Below, in pieces: positions 24,401 to 40,200 of a DNA stretch of 64,000 bases. The DNA comes from Balanoglossus misakiensis (lineage: Eukaryota; Animalia; Hemichordata): contig CM082587.2 in NCBI GenBank assembly GCA_040954595.2, forward strand, positions 464,617 to 528,616, written 5' to 3'. Position numbers and translations under genes: made by a program. Position 1 is the first letter of the stretch; each line of letters opens with the position of its first letter. The notes below the pieces were generated by a model, which had not been told where the DNA came from, did no database searches, and saw only the letters and a program-made list of their open reading frames with translations.

Positions 24401-27400
24401 GTTTGAAGTTCATTTGCATTCAGTTCTGAGTTTTTTATTTTCATTTTACTGCCCCTATTTGATGAGGCAGTAATTCATAGCTGAAATTGGGACCTTCAAG
24501 ATTTTATGAGGCATTGGTCCTTGGTAAACTGCAATTTATATTCTTAGTGTTGTTCTGTGACTGAAATGTGACATTGGACTAAGGAAATTGTTAAAAGGAA
24601 ACTAGATAAACAGGAATGATCATGAAAATGGTTCAATGTTTAATTGCAAGGGTAGGTGTGTTGATGGGCTGTTTACTTCTGATTTCCCAATTGTAAAAAA
24701 AACGCCTGAAGAAAAAAAATCCTGGTCTTCTTCCTCTTTACACTGGAAATACAGCAAAACCTTTCCACACCTGACATCAAAGGGACAAAGAATATTGTTC
24801 AGTCTGCAGAGATATCTTGTTTATGGAAGTTCTTTAAACATGGTTTTATGTGGAAGGGAAGGTGCTCAGATATTTCTGATGATGCACATTTGTTATGAAG
24901 AGGACCTCAATCTGGTACATTGCTAGATCAAATCACATTCTCAGTTTGAATTGAAAAAAATCTGAGCAGTATTGTTGAAGAGATCATCCAAAGATAAACG
25001 ATTAGTGAGGAGAACATTTCAAAGGTATCAGAGTTCTGTCCACAGAGATAGTAGACAATTAGGCAGATGAAACACACAGTAGGGGTGTTGTTAGGCCAAG
25101 CTGATGTCAGATTTTCTATTTATTAACGCAACGTTTAGGGCACATTTGAAACTCTGCTGCAATTTGTTATCTATATAAAAAGCATAAACGGCGCATTCAG
25201 TAGGTTTATTATCTGCGTGCAATACTTGGCTATGTATAGATTTTTTGAATTGATGGCTCAGATGAAATGCATAGATCTGTAGAGCTTTTGATGCAGTTCC
25301 ACAGGGGTTTATAATTTCACAGTATGGTTGAGCTACCTGGTGCCTAAGGCATCGGAATTAATTTAGTCCTTGAGAATGACCTTGAACGTTTGAAATCATG
25401 TAGTGCGAAGAAATTCATTAAAATTTAACCCCTTTTGGCGTACACCGGCCTGCCATCTGATTCATAGCATTTTGTGTATTCATAGACGTTCATTATTGAC
25501 TCGATCACTGCACATCTGTGTGGGCTGGGCGTTCAAAATATGAAAACAGCTAACGCTGACATGGTCTACAGAATCTCAAATGTTACAGATGCCAAATACA
25601 GATATTTCACTTCACAGCTGCAGTACTACTTTGTACAAATGTTGATATGATATTATGAAATATGAACAGAATAATTCTCTTCCTATACATACAAGCATAT
25701 GTTTATTTATACTGAATATTACCACAGTATGTTTGATTTACAAAGAAATATTGTGGCTATAATCTGTAAATATTAACAATCTGTGTTCATGATACAGTGA
25801 TATGGATATATTTCATTGCTTTCATATTTCATTATGTGATTTATAGCAGGAGAGTGAAAAGATAAAATTATCCCTTATTTAATTGTTTGTCAACGAAAAC
25901 AATTGAGAAAATGAGATTTCCCACAAACATTAAAGGCACACCAATCATGGAGTGAATAAACAGTAACCAGACACCTTGTCTGTCATCTGACAGGTTCTCT
26001 GCAAATCTCTTTCAGCACACAAAAATTGCACAATTCAAATTTTTCAAACCAATAATCTGTTTAGTTCAAAATACCTTGTGTGATGATAATTGGTACAGCT
26101 GAGTACAAAAGCTTTAGAAAAATTCTTTCAATAAGGAAACATGGATTATTAACTGTGACTTGAAGGGCTAGGAATTGTTGTAGTGTTTAAAATTGAATAT
26201 GAATTCTGATTGTTCCATCATTTTCAAGGTTCTCCAGTTTTATGATTTCAATGTGATTCATTCATCCTTTAGTCCAACAACACAAGGCGAAAATCTGTGT
26301 TTCCGCAGTTTTCATGGACACTATTATGGAAGATTAGTCATTGAAACAGTATTCTCATACTCCTTAAGTGGCTAACCAGGCTGTCTATCAATACTTTTCT
26401 GCTTAATTTCACATCAATGGATCTGATATGATTGTATTGTGATGTGCGTAAAAGTAATGAACTTCATTTTGCCATTTAGTTGGATTTTAATGAGGTATTT
26501 TGTCAACATCTACCGACTAGCATTTGGAAGCCATACGTTGCACAGGTGGTGGTCAAAATATTTGTTGAACAGAGTAGCTACTCTGCATAATACTGGTACT
26601 CTCACCTGTTCTAACCCAAACCTTGTTGTATACGATGATGGTAGAGTTGTATTTTAGAAAAAATGTTGTCTGTACAGTCAAGTTCTTTCACACAAACATC
26701 ACTCACTTTTGACATTTACTTCCTTTAAGAAATTAATTATTTATGTTCTGCTCACCGAAACATGCGTAGAGACCAGTTGTTACAACTCAACTGTCACTGC
26801 TTGAGTACTGTACAGTAGTAAACACAATTCTTGGCATGAGTTGAGTTGAGCTGTGACAAATGCAGTTATGTTTCAGCGAGCTGAGCAATGTAAACAGCCT
26901 TCCAAAAAGAAACTAAAATAAGTAAAAATGGAATGACTTTGCCCCTTAAACTGGAATAAACCCACAGTCCAATATGATGGAAATTTGAATGCAGCCAGAG
27001 TTGTCAGCCGACAGAAAAAAAGTTGATGATTTATAAATCACATTATCATGTAAATTGAATTCAAAATATTGCAAAAATCACCAATATGTAGACTGACTGG
27101 TTTACCCACCTAATAGCTATTACCCTTTCCTATGCATTCTAAGCCAATCAAAAGCTCTGTGATAACAAGCAGACTATCCCCTCTTTCAAGCTTTTCTCTG
27201 CAAACCTTCTTCCTTCCGTGAACAGTTTCTGTCACTTCTGATTCTCCCCTAAACAACAGATACTTACAAGATGGAAAAGCGCCCCGAGCTGTGAACTCAG
27301 AGGTACTGTTCATTTTTACCACGATGACGAGCATTTCTTGCCTCTTGGATGACAAGTCTTATGCTCTAGAGACCGACAGAGCTTGTTCGGAACAGAGTTG

Positions 27401-30400
27401 CTCAGCTGCTTCGTAATGGACATTAGCGAGCACATCATTACTGACTTCCAGTGGTAGCTTCCGAACCGTTGTTCGTTAATATGATAGATGGAGTGGAGTG
27501 CATAAAAGGATGTGGTCAAGTTCAATTTGACATAGTGAACAGTAGTGGCAGTTTCTGCCTTAACACTCTCCTGATTGCTGTCACATTAATGACAGGCTGA
27601 AGAAAAAAAGCAGTTGGGACACTTTCATCCAAGAAAATTAGATTAAGCAAGCTTATAAAAAGAGGGGAGTTGGGTGTAAATTCGCCATGTTCGAGTAACA
27701 CTTATTTAGTTGAAGTAGAAAGTGTGATTACTGTTGTAACAAAGATGTGTGATGTTTCCCTAATAGACTGTGGCAGTTGTCTGCTGAAATCATTAACGTT
27801 ACAACTGTATTTGCACATTCAAACATTGACTTCTAAGTCACATTTACTGCTCAGAGACAGATTAAAGTTGTAACACATTGTAGTTGTGGATTAGTGGAGA
27901 TTTATCACTGAAATAATTTTAGAATTGGGCATTTCGATGTGCTTTGTCCATTTACACAAAAGTCAGTGGGATTGGGTAAATGTGAAATAAAACTTGCATG
28001 TTTGTAGAATCATTCTGAATTATGACTTGATCAAGTATGAAATATGAAATATGTTCTGACAATTGCGTGGTCAATTTGCTCAGGTCATGAAATTTTATGA
28101 TACAAATTGTGCATGGAGAAAAAACAATTAATTTTCAGATATTTGAATACTTAGTCTTTGCTATTGCATGTCAATATAAAAGTTCACCAGAATGAGGATT
28201 TTCAAGTGAATCCCATAGTCATAAATTCAATTATTGAGTTCATTGTTAGAAGCCTGTATAGTTACAGGCTTGCAATACAGGTGATCACAATGTCGGTCGG
28301 TTTAAACTGAATATGGACAAATTAAGCTTTCACTTCAATTCACTTTACTGCTTTGGTTGAAGTGTTCTTGGCGATCACTCTTGCTCATGGCCACGCATAC
28401 TGCTAAAAAGGTTTCGTGAAATAAGCTGGTAGATTAACTTCGAGTTCTTTTCTAGGAATCTTGAACGCTTGGAGTGTGTGGTGTGTGTGTGTGTCAGTAA
28501 AATTGAAAATGTTATATGACACAACACTGATTGGGTAATAAAGATTCTTTGATTAACATGCTCGAAATGTCATCCAATAGCATGATGCTTAGTATATGAA
28601 CATGAAGTAACTTTGTCTCCAAATGCTCTTTTTCATACAAGTATGGTCTGGTGTGTCACATCCAATCCCTGCATCTGATTAGTCATAGCCAATAACGGAA
28701 ATTCAATTATACAATGGTTTTGATGCAATTCTCATAACATGCTACTGACTAATTGGTTATTACCATTGAGTTGACAACTTTTGCTGAGCGTAATGTCTCC
28801 TCTCATGTGTGAACAGATTTGCACACAAAAGGTTTCAGCAGCAATCGCGTGCAAGCTGGATTCAATGTCCCACGGGGAGTTAAAAACTAAATTCATATAG
28901 CTTTACATGTATGCTACTGGATGAAATTGGAGTGTGTGTCACTGCAACCCAGCAAGTATAGCCAAGGAAGGCAAGAAAAGATATAGTTCATTGATTGCTG
29001 CATTGTTAATCGCTGTTGAAGTTCAACTGTGGTAACTCAGCGGGTTTCGTTTCATGTAAGTCAGGCAATTTGAAAACAGGATGAAATTTTCAAATAAAAT
29101 GGGAAGTAGCTGTAACGTGGCTATTTTGAGTATTTTTATTCAGTGCCGTCAACTACAAATATTGTGTTCTACTGCCCACTACGTAAATGCTGGAAAGAGG
29201 AACATGAGTTTATTCAGAAAATATGAGGATTGACGAAGCATGCATGAAGACATTAATGCACTGTATTCACCCAATGCATAGCAGAGGGTGATGCACAGTG
29301 CTATATTTAAAGACACATTTTGATTATCAACCCATGGAAGATACATGTACATGTACAATTAGCTGGTAGTTGTGTGCTAAACATACAACATCGATTGAGT
29401 TTTATAATTAGTTCCTGCTTGGGTTATAATGAGCTTCAATGGGCAGTTCAGGTATTATTTACAAGTCACTGACACACCTAGATGGCATGATAGTTCTGAC
29501 ACCAATGTACATGGGTCTGTAATTTTCTGTTCAGGACCCATTGCAATGATGCCCCACAAAGAGACAGCCTAAATAATTCATGATCCATGTATAAGTTTCA
29601 CATTTTACTCCCAGAAATGTGAAACTTCTGACACATAATGGATTTCAAGTTTATGCGTGATAATTCTCCATTTTGTAACAATTCCACCACCGTTTTCTTA
29701 AATATTTACACTGTCTCCTGCAAGCAGAGCTGGTTGTGAGTGCAGATGTAGAGAGATTTTAATCCTGAACGGAACGCGTGTACAAGTGGAACAAACGATG
29801 CCGGCATGGCATTCCATCGATTCTCGCCGGCATCCTTCCAAGCTGTGAAACACACGTCAACAAATATCTAACATGCAGTCGATGGCACCACCTTTGAAAG
29901 TAGTGGACTATGCATTTATTTCAAGTCCCACTTTACTATATAGAACAGATGCACTGTCTGCTTTGAAGTAAATTTCAATATCGGAGTTCATTATACAATA
30001 CATGTATTAATGCTTGGAAAGATTACAATCCCTGTATAATTCCCTCCTGAGTTCAGTCAGCAGTTTAAATTATGCTAGGGCAGAAAAGTGTATTTTAAGA
30101 AAAAAGGATATTATTAGCAAATGGTATTAAACCTTCATATCTGATCAAATAATAGTATTAGTTTTCCAGTAATACGTAAACCTGATTTGTTATCTTGGAT
30201 TTTACATTTTTGAATTTGAATGACATCACATGAGCTATTGTATTGATCTCTGGAAACCAGATGTTATACACGTAATGAACAGTCTGGTCTTGTTGAAGCG
30301 GTTCATGAAATTACTCTCTTGGGGTCTATGCGTCAACCCAACATTTTCACTCCACCACTTTCCATACCGGTTTCTAACAAATCTCAGAAAAAAGCAATTA

Positions 30401-33400
30401 GAAAATGACCCAAGTATTGCAGGTAATAGTGAAGTCACCATGGGATAAGTTTGTTGATGTGAAGATCCTTGAAATCTTTTAGTTTCTCTTCTCATTGCTA
30501 AATTCCAGACATATTAACTTTTGGACAAGTGAAAAAGAAGCCAGCTTTCTGGTTTCTAACAAAAACATGTTTTATTGAGGAGAGGTGAAGGAATTCACAA
30601 GATTGAAAACGTAATTTGATGTTCTGAGTGGTTATTTATGTTTTCAAAAAGTACATGGATGTTTAGTGGTAAGATGCCAAGTGCCTGCTGGCCATGTTGC
30701 AAGTCGGCACTTTGAGCAGATTAACTAACAGTGATTGCGCAAAACATTGGGGACCAGCATATATATCATTGAAATGCTGATCTCAGCTCTGGTAACACGG
30801 GCAAGAGATTCAACATCTCGGGGATCGAAATGTAGATAGGCAATCTCAGGTGAAAACAGAAAAATAGCGTGAAAATTTATGCAGTTTTTGGATAGTTTGA
30901 CGTCACATGTATATGTCTGACACTGTTATCAAGGAAGAAGATTGCATTATCAGAGCAAACTAAAGGCGGCCAAAAATGGGGATAAAAACTGCCAATCACT
31001 GAGAGAAAAGGGATGTGAATAGATTTCCTGTAATCACCAGACACAAATACTGTAATAATGAAAGTTGCAGTGCCATGCATTCAGATATAAATGTCATAGC
31101 AAGCATCAAGAATGGGACTGTCTCAAATAGTTTGCATCTCACACTGTGAAATCAAATTTAAAAAGCGATTACATTCGACTCGCATGGCACGAGACACAAA
31201 ATAATGTGAATTCCAAATTAACTATTATTTGTATGGAATAGCTGAACGTATTATGCATTTCAGAAATGATTGAAAACCCAATATAAAAACTACAAAATAC
31301 GCATGGCATTAATGGAAAGCCATTGCTTCTTTTTTGAAAACTTATCAACATATTCTTAAATTACTTTCAGAAAAAAAATCTTGTAGATGTATATACAGTT
31401 GGACTTATATGGTGAGCAGTTGTGAAAGCTGTTTTTGAAATTAATGATCCTTGTACGTACAGCATTTTCTCGCAAGTTGTGATCACTTTTCCTGTTGTCT
31501 AGCTGTTTCAGTGACTTGCCACGTAAAGACTGCAGCATGGGATCTCAATAATTGAATCATCCATGCATTAGACCATGACAATGACCTTAGTGGTCAGGTG
31601 CAGCCAGTGAATACAGATGACATAGCAAGCTGCAGTGATTGCAACAAACTTGATCTTGACCTTGTGCGGTGACCTTCGTGGACAATATGATTTCATGGTA
31701 TGATTAATGCACGTCATCCGAGAAGTCGATGGGAATTCAGATCAGCTCATCTCTAACACTACCAAACAGGATACCCAACATGGGACCAGGAGTATGACAT
31801 GTTTATACTGTCTTCTGTGTTTCACAGTATGAACTCAGTAGTTCTAAAGGTCTACTTCTCAGTTATTTTACTTTCAAATTAAATTCTTATTTGCTAGAAT
31901 TTATCGTTGTTGAATATGTGTCAAGTACTCGATTACATGTACCAGAATATGACAATGTCTTCAATATGTGCCACTTCTGTCAGCAGATCTTGCTAAGTGG
32001 CTGTAATTTATGGACATTTATATCATGCTTTACATCAATTCTCCAATGAGCCAGAAAAGTATTACACAAAGATGGACATGTACCATTACCCTGATTACAA
32101 GATTATGCTAATGAGGGCATGTTCATGAACTTTCAGCCAATGGCCATTGAGGACAGGGTCATGCTGGGAAGTGATGAGATATTGCACGTCAGCCAATGCG
32201 ATCAAAGTCTTGATCAGATGAACTGTGAACGAACTTTGTGATCAAAGGTTAATGGCATAGCCATGGTTTAGCACAGAAATTCATCCTTTAAACACACACA
32301 TCCAACTTGGAATGATAAACTGTGTGACATATGGAAACTGTTTAATTATTTACAAAGTCTTGATAAGGTGTTGTAAAGTTATATTCTTGATGCAAGTTAA
32401 AAATTCTTGCGGCTAAGATTTGACCCATTGCCTCATCATCATTGTGGATGAAAGAAGATTTTCAGTTCTGACACAGTAGTTACTCAGCAGTTCATTTATT
32501 TTCATGAAGAATCTTGAATTTTATTGTCTCTTACACAAGTGAGGTTGGCATTTATGCAGTTTGTATGTATCTCAAAGAAGAAACCTATATATGTGAGTTC
32601 AAGCTTTGGTCACAGTAAATGTGAATTTATTGTTACCCTAAACTAGTATTGACTCTCGATCTATCAAATCAAAGCTGAAAGCATAAGGAGTGTTTTTCCT
32701 TTAGTGGCCCCTGGACTGTTTCTCCCCTTTGCCTGAGTTTGAAACACTAGAAAAAAGCCGACACTGGCTGTACCCCGGATTGGTGATCAAAGGCCAAATA
32801 CAATAAAAATTCTCTGGAAAATGAGGTGAAAGTAAGATCCAACTTCATGTCATCCATCAGCAATGTTCTGATGAATCCACAAAAACCAGCTTTAAGTCAG
32901 ATGAATGGAGTGGCATGCAATCATGGAATTGTGACTGTTACGTCGATAGCTAGCCATTTAGGTTAGAGCAGAATGGTCATTTCCATGAACCCATGCAAGA
33001 TTTCAGTGTTATGGTGGGTCAGGTTTTTTCCAGTAAGGCTGGCTGTGCATATACAACATCTGTATGAAAAACAAGAACACACCAAGTACATGGTACATGT
33101 TTATGCTAACATGTTGTGTTATCCATGTAAATATGAGAAACACCTAAAGTTTGATGCATGCTGCATGAGATTTCAACTTTTAGTGAACATACAATGTACT
33201 ACAGAGAGAATGAAACGAAATGGTCTGAAATAATCCTGCCACAAATACTCCATTGCATGCTGGGGCAACTGTAAAAGCACTGTAATTGTTAAAGTTCTGA
33301 TTCTGCGATAACATGACATCAGCCCTCTGATCTCATTTGCAGTAGGAATGTAGGGAAAAGTAAAGAGTAATCCTCTTAGTCTTAATGGTGTGAAAAGTAG

Positions 33401-36400
33401 GCCAGGGCATTCTGTGGCAAACTTTGAGGGTGAAAAGATTAATCAAATGAAATAATATACCAAGCAGCATCTTGAGTTTCAGGCTGAAGTATTGCCACCA
33501 GGTATGTCATGGCTGGCTTTGATCATTGACAGACACTGTCTACAATTCTAATCAGATGAAAGAGTTTATCTCTGTGAACCTAGTGTAAATGGGAGAAATT
33601 TGTCTTACAGAGATGATGTAAGCTGCCATATTTTCAGAACTGAATGCATGAGCTGTGAAAATTCCAGCCATGCATTTTTACTTTTGCATTTCATATCAGG
33701 TTTTCTGAAGTAGGTGAGGCACATCCATCGTGTGCAAAATGTATGTCATATGCTCCGAGGAGTCATTGATTTTACAGCAGTGAGTTTATTGATATTTAAT
33801 AAGTGTTATAGGTCGCTTTGACAAATTCTATCCTATGACTATTATGAAACAAAAAAGATTGAGCACATCTCTACATCTGATTTCAATCAGACTGGTAGTA
33901 AGAATTGATGCAAGCGATAACATGTGCCTGCAGTCTCTTCCTTGATCTCAATTTTGGCATGTGTCATTTTTTTTCAATCAGAATTTACAGCTTTCTAGTC
34001 CCCAGATATGCAGTCAGCTTTGTCCACCATTTCTCAGAGATCAAAATGCATCTATCCAGTGATTGAAACCTGAGCAAACAGCTGCCATCTTTCTGCATTT
34101 TGCGTTCACAGTTTTGCAGGCAATTAATCATTGCTAAAGAGATAGTGTGTCTGCAAATCTGGTGTCAGAAGCCCTTTACATTCATTTCTGACAAATTACT
34201 TGCAAGCCCTCGCTTACTCAATAAAATTTGAAGGGATGGAAAACACATGGTGACTCAGGCGCCAAGAAATTTATAGATGAATTCATTGACCTTCCAACTC
34301 GTGCATGGAAAATACGACTGACATGAAACCATGCATGATTTATGGTTGACCTTGATTGACCCCCTGAAATGAGTGACATCATAGCCCAATTGGCACAATG
34401 ACAATATTCTTTGCATGTGGTTGACCTCCGATTGGTGCAATTTCATGCATGGCATATGGCAGACCTGAACTGGAAGTGACAATCATACATGTATGTGTGT
34501 ATGTAGCACATGCAAGTAGCAAACTAAAAATGTGTACTTATGTACAGTAGGTAAACATACGTGGCAGTTAACAATGTGTATATTTAAACTTTTTTGAAAT
34601 GTCAATAAAATGTTACTTGACTTTTCTGATTTTAAATCTGTTTATATGCATATTGTACTAAGTGGCTGTTCTATTGCCTATAAAATATCCACAGCTGGAA
34701 TAAATGTGAATTAAATGTGACTGAAATATGATTTTAATAATTTTATTTCAAGTTGACCTTCAGACCTTGGCAATATGTTACAATATATAGTTTATTTTAT
34801 GCATAAACTCTTGTTTTGGACAGATATTAAATTCCACAAATGAATTTTTTTTAATCAAAAATCATTGGTATGCTCAAGTCAACCGCGGAATTTTCTCCAT
34901 TTTCAAAATTTATATTTCATATGATTATCAAACATGAATCCCCATTTACAGAACACCCAGGTCAGAGACATATATATTTTACAGGATTTCTATAAATGAA
35001 TGCATGAGTGCAAAGCTTTGCCACAAACCCCCTAGCCTTCTTTTTCTTAATATGACTCATAGTCCCATACATATTCAGCTAAAATAATAAAATCAACCCC
35101 ACATAACAAAGAATCATGAAATCAGCCTGGATTTATTGATATCCATAACTGTAATCAATTACTCGTAATGGGTAATCAGCACATACTGGAAAGTTCATGC
35201 TGTTAAGAATCTGCTGCCAGGGTTCTAGTGGTTGTTGGCGGTATCAGCAAATGCGATGAGTGAGTGTGTTTCTCTCAGATGTTATATCATCAGTCTATCA
35301 TCTTGTCTGTCATCAGTTGTCTTAACACTTCTGTTGCTCAGTCATTTGTTCCAATCCATCTGTCCTGAGTTTTTTTTCTTCCAAATCCCGGATGTCACTG
35401 TATTGGTAATCAATCATGGCATGGACATTCCTATTGTAACAATCCATGGATGATTTGCAATTGTATACTTCCAGGGATTGCTTGTGTGCTGTTTAGATCT
35501 CCATGGTCAAATACCAACACCCATATTATAATCTATCTATCATCTATCATGGACACTTAGACACTCTTTCACATTTTGCAGCATCTGTAGTTCACCCCAG
35601 AATGACTTCTTTTAATTTGAGGGGAAAACAACAGAAACATTAAAGTTAAACAGTCACATACTTATTCAAAGTATCATTATTTCAGAAATTCTTGGGTGAG
35701 AACACTACACGTTTTATACACCTTCAGTTCACCTTGCACTTGGATGTGATAACTAGACTTTTAGGTCTGTGTGCATACTGTTCCAATTGGTTATTTTACA
35801 AAGAAGAGCAATCAACTCCACATTTGATTAATGCAATTATTTAGTTGAATACAATTTATCAAAAAGTCTGCCTGTTATTAAACTATGAATGATTATATTG
35901 GCTAATAGAGGTTACATCACCATGACTAATATCAGACCCCCAGTGTTAATGTATAGTGTGATCGATCATAACATGAGAATAACAGATACAGAATTTTTAT
36001 GCAACTGGCAATTTAAACAGAATTACATGTCACATCAATGTTGTTAGGTAACTAAATGGAGAGATGGTTGGTATAGCTGGCTGTCGTAGCAGGAGTGTGA
36101 GGAGTGTGTTCTGAATATGGTATAATGTGCATGTTTGATATGAAAATAGTCTTAAATGTTTATGTTTCATGTACAAATTGAACCTATTGTGTAACCAATT
36201 CATCTGTCAAATATTACAGACACTTACCAAGATTAATGAATGTATATGTTTGTAAAAATGCATTAAATGTAAATCCCATGGTAGTACCTTGTGAAAGCTT
36301 TGTCATAAGCAGTTTGTAACTCCATGACAAATTACACATTTTTTTAAAAAAGCTTTATCAGTAATTTAGCCAAGATATTGTGTTATTAGTTTAAGAGTGA

Positions 36401-37030
36401 ATAAGTAGTGGTAAAAACGGCCGTTGCTTATGGCAACTGCGTAAATCAACCAAGCAGAAGAGAATTCAGATGCACTAAACACTGGTATGTCTGGTCAGAT
36501 CAGATTGCCAACAGTGGCAGACATTTGTGCTGGAAACCAATCATTAGAATTCTGGCAACTAGAGGAATGAATTGCTGGAAAAAGAAAGACACACACAGTT
36601 CATTCAGACTGTAAGTGTTTATTCACCAAGGTGTTATTCTCTTTGTGTAATAGCTCAACTGTATGTATTTACTCTAAACCCTTGCCTTTTGCTATAAAGT
36701 TCCCCAAAACATTTATAGATTTCTCTGATTGGCCAGTGTACACATGAATAACATACCCTAGGATGGATCAACAAATGTCAAACGGACAGGAGACTTCACC
36801 GTCTGAAAGGACAAGGCAGCATTCTTTCTTATTTTATTGATGAACACACAGTCCCTCTAGACTAGTGATGAATAGAAACATTGCAGTTAATCCTAGTAGT
36901 GAATAATTTCATAAAAGCTACTTAGTGTTGGAGATGACTCGGGTAAACTTTGCCTGAGGCTAACATAGAGCTAGGTAATCAGTCAATGTGGCTCACTGCA
37001 GACATGTAGGCAGCAAGAAATATTACACAC

Positions 37031-37250
37031 CTATTATCATGTCCCATGCAATGTGGTGACCTATTTTTAGTGGTCGTTCACTGTCTTCTGTTGGCGTTGG
37101 CGTCATTCACCAATTTTTACATTCCAAGCTTCTCCAAAAACACTGCTCCAATTGCTTTGATATTTGGAGACGCCCAGTGGTGATATTGTACTAGTTTTAG
37201 GTCCATGGAATTAAGTGTATTTGTCATGATTTGCATGTTTTCATTATCTG
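37031..37250 (+). mobile_element. possible decayed fragment of a non-autonomous Helentron/DINE-1-like repeat
   Basis: The order TTTTTAG, GGCGTTGGCGTC mini-repeat, then TTTTACATTCCAAGCTTCTCCAAAAACACTGCTCCAATTGCTTTGATATTTGG resembles common marine-invertebrate interspersed repeats. The resemblance is from memory and the boundaries are uncertain. Confidence 0.3.
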
Positions 37251-40200
37251 TGATAAATGAAGTGTTGTCATCATCAGGTAGAAGGAGGAGGGAACACTTT
37301 CATGAAATTAAACTCACCACTTTCAGAAAAGATGAAGTGACTACTATCAGTGAAGTAGCTAGAAGCAACTTGATGTGTGAAGTTGCCTTTTTGAGTTTTA
37401 ATGATAAAGTATTGAATCAGAATGATGCTCTTCCTTCTAAATGTAAACCATTACCTGAGTTTTACTTCTATAGTATGTGTCAAATTATTTCAGGTGAATG
37501 ATGAAAGCAATTAACAGATTTCTGATTCCCAGCATGTACATTAGTTTCCAGTTTTTACTTGACATATTTTTTGTCACACAAGAAACTCACCTATCAAGTA
37601 AAGACAAGCTGGAATGTAGTGTTGGAGTAAACTAGTCTCGTTAAACCATCTGTATTTGCATAGAGGTGTAACTTTCTAAAAGGAGTTTTCGTCAATGAAG
37701 GTAAAAATATTCCATTACATTGTCCCAACTCTTTGCGCTAACATGGAAATACAATAAAATAATTTGGCTATTTAATTTTGCACAAAACAAAATACTGAGC
37801 AATTAGGGCTTTTTGTTCAAGTTAAATGGGCATACATTGCTTGGCAGAGGATGATGTGAATGTTCGGCTGTCAACAGCCAAGAGCTGAAGGTACCTTGAT
37901 GGAAGTATTGCTTTCAATATTCAGAAATATGATAGGCTTCAAATGTAGCAATGTGTTAACCATAATCAAATCATAAGTCCTCATCACACATAGCACTTAG
38001 TAATTGAAATATTGCATGTGTTGGTATGATACTGTATGCAAGGCCAATGAACCAATTTGATGTGCAATTACATGCATGATGTCGATGACATATTTCAAGG
38101 GAAAATGAAGGAATTAATCTGCATTTTATAGGTTGCATAAAACCCTTTTTCTGGACTTGTCTCTTTGTAGTGATGATCTGAATCTCGTTGAGAACAGGAA
38201 AACAGCTGACGGTTCTTCAACTAGGTTTAGCATTTATCAACTAATATTCATCTGGCTATAAGTATTCTATTAGCAACAATTCAGAACAGCTTTAGATTTT
38301 GTGTTAGCAGCTTAAAATTGAATGCACTATTCTTTGCCTTTTTAAGACCAACTGATGTTTCTTATAATCATGTGCTGTCAGATGATAAATCTATCAGTCC
38401 TCTGTGGTTGCCCTGAAAGTGGTATGTGCTGAACATGCCAAGAATGTCTGGTAACAGTTTTGGTGTCTTAATTAAACTGTTTCTTGACAAAATTAAATAT
38501 ATCCATTTTGTCTGCATTTTGTCTGCCTGTAAATATTACTTCTTTGTATGTTACAAAATTAAATGCTAATATTATTATTCAACAATGATACAATATAAAG
38601 TGCATTGTAGATGTGAGGCAGACATTCTGGTTAAGAAAGATATTTGGATCTAAAAATAAAATTCTATGACAGAAAAATAAAAAGCAATGTCGCATATACT
38701 TTCACTGACTTCTAAAAAGATGTCAAAGGGTAATGGTTCTATGGAAATCAAGACATACATTTAAATTGTATAAATAAAAGATTGGCTGTCTTTGAATAAA
38801 ATTTCAGACCCAGATGTAAAAGGCTGTAATACAAAATAGTTTTTAAGTGAATGTCTACAGTATGATCAAAATGACCGACTTTCTATTGTGTGTGGTTACC
38901 ATGGAAAGCAATTGAAAGTGCCAAATTTCAGTGTTGACGTGAGGAAACTTGATATTACAAATTTTATCCTGAGTTCATGCAAGCCAGATAAGAGTGAACT
39001 CTTTACAATCATAATATAGTTTATCACGTCATTATGAGGAGTGGTTTGTCTGGGCTGATGACTGCAGGAATGTAATTTGGCAAGCCAGGTCCTATCTGTC
39101 AAATACTGATCTGTTGTGCACATTATTGCAGAAAATGTTTATCGTTCTGTACATCTGTGTTCTAATCTGGCCTTTCCACATGAGTTATTTTACAAGGATG
39201 TAGAAAGTGTTAATGAAAGGATGTTTTGCTAGAACTAGATGAATCAGAAGTTCTGTTATAATGAAAGAATTACCGCGTCACTCAGTGCACTTTGTTGACA
39301 ATTTCAGTGGTAAGGTCAACTAATACTGGAAAGTGGACAAAGGTTTGGATGATTTCATTTAGTCAGAAACACATATGTTGTGTGATCCTCTCATTAGAAT
39401 ACTGTCTAGAGACTGTGTTTTGTACCTGCAGGCTTCAGTGGGTACCCTAGTTGCTGTGAAATCAAAATAGTGATATTGCTAGTTTTAGAAAGAAAATGTG
39501 ACTGACTGTGACATCTGAAATATCTACAACATACATATACATGTAAGCTACTCCATGTGTCTTATTGGAAAACTAATTCTATTGAGTATGAACGTGTACA
39601 CATAAGTGAACAAAACAATTAGTCATAAAGCTTTAATATATCAAGTTCTGTTTGGCGAAGTTGGGTTGAATGAAAACAGTTTCCATTAAGGATGACCTTC
39701 TGGACAGGACTGAAAAATGGTGCTATTGATCCAGATTAAGAGTGGCTTATTTACTCTGAAGGCGTCAGGGTGAATTAACAGTTTTGTGTGCCTGAGTTCC
39801 AGGAACATCTGTACTTGTTTAATGTTTCACCAACAATCAGATGTTTCATATAGTGCCTCTGCAATATTACCATTAGATAATATCACAACTACTTTGCTAT
39901 CTTTTTTTACTATAATTTTATTTTGCACTGATAGTAAATATGCTGCAAATTTTGTTTACCACAAAGTACCATCCTCTCTTACAAGAAATATAATTGGTTT
40001 ATCCCATTATCCCCAGTCACTCATTGGTTTACTCTAACTGAGTTTCTGATGCCTTCTGGGAACTGCTCCATTTAGGTCAAGTTACCCTGTGTTATCTTTA
40101 AACAAGAAGGTCTGTCACTTGCAAAAAAAGAGTTCTATATCAGCAAAAGTGAAAGTCTCTGAAAGAATGCAGCATGGCATATACAGCTGACAAAACCATC

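Noticed and set aside
28250-28271. 9-bp hairpin AAGCCTGTA-TAGT-TACAGGCTT
   Set aside because: Isolated short inverted repeat with no supporting context.
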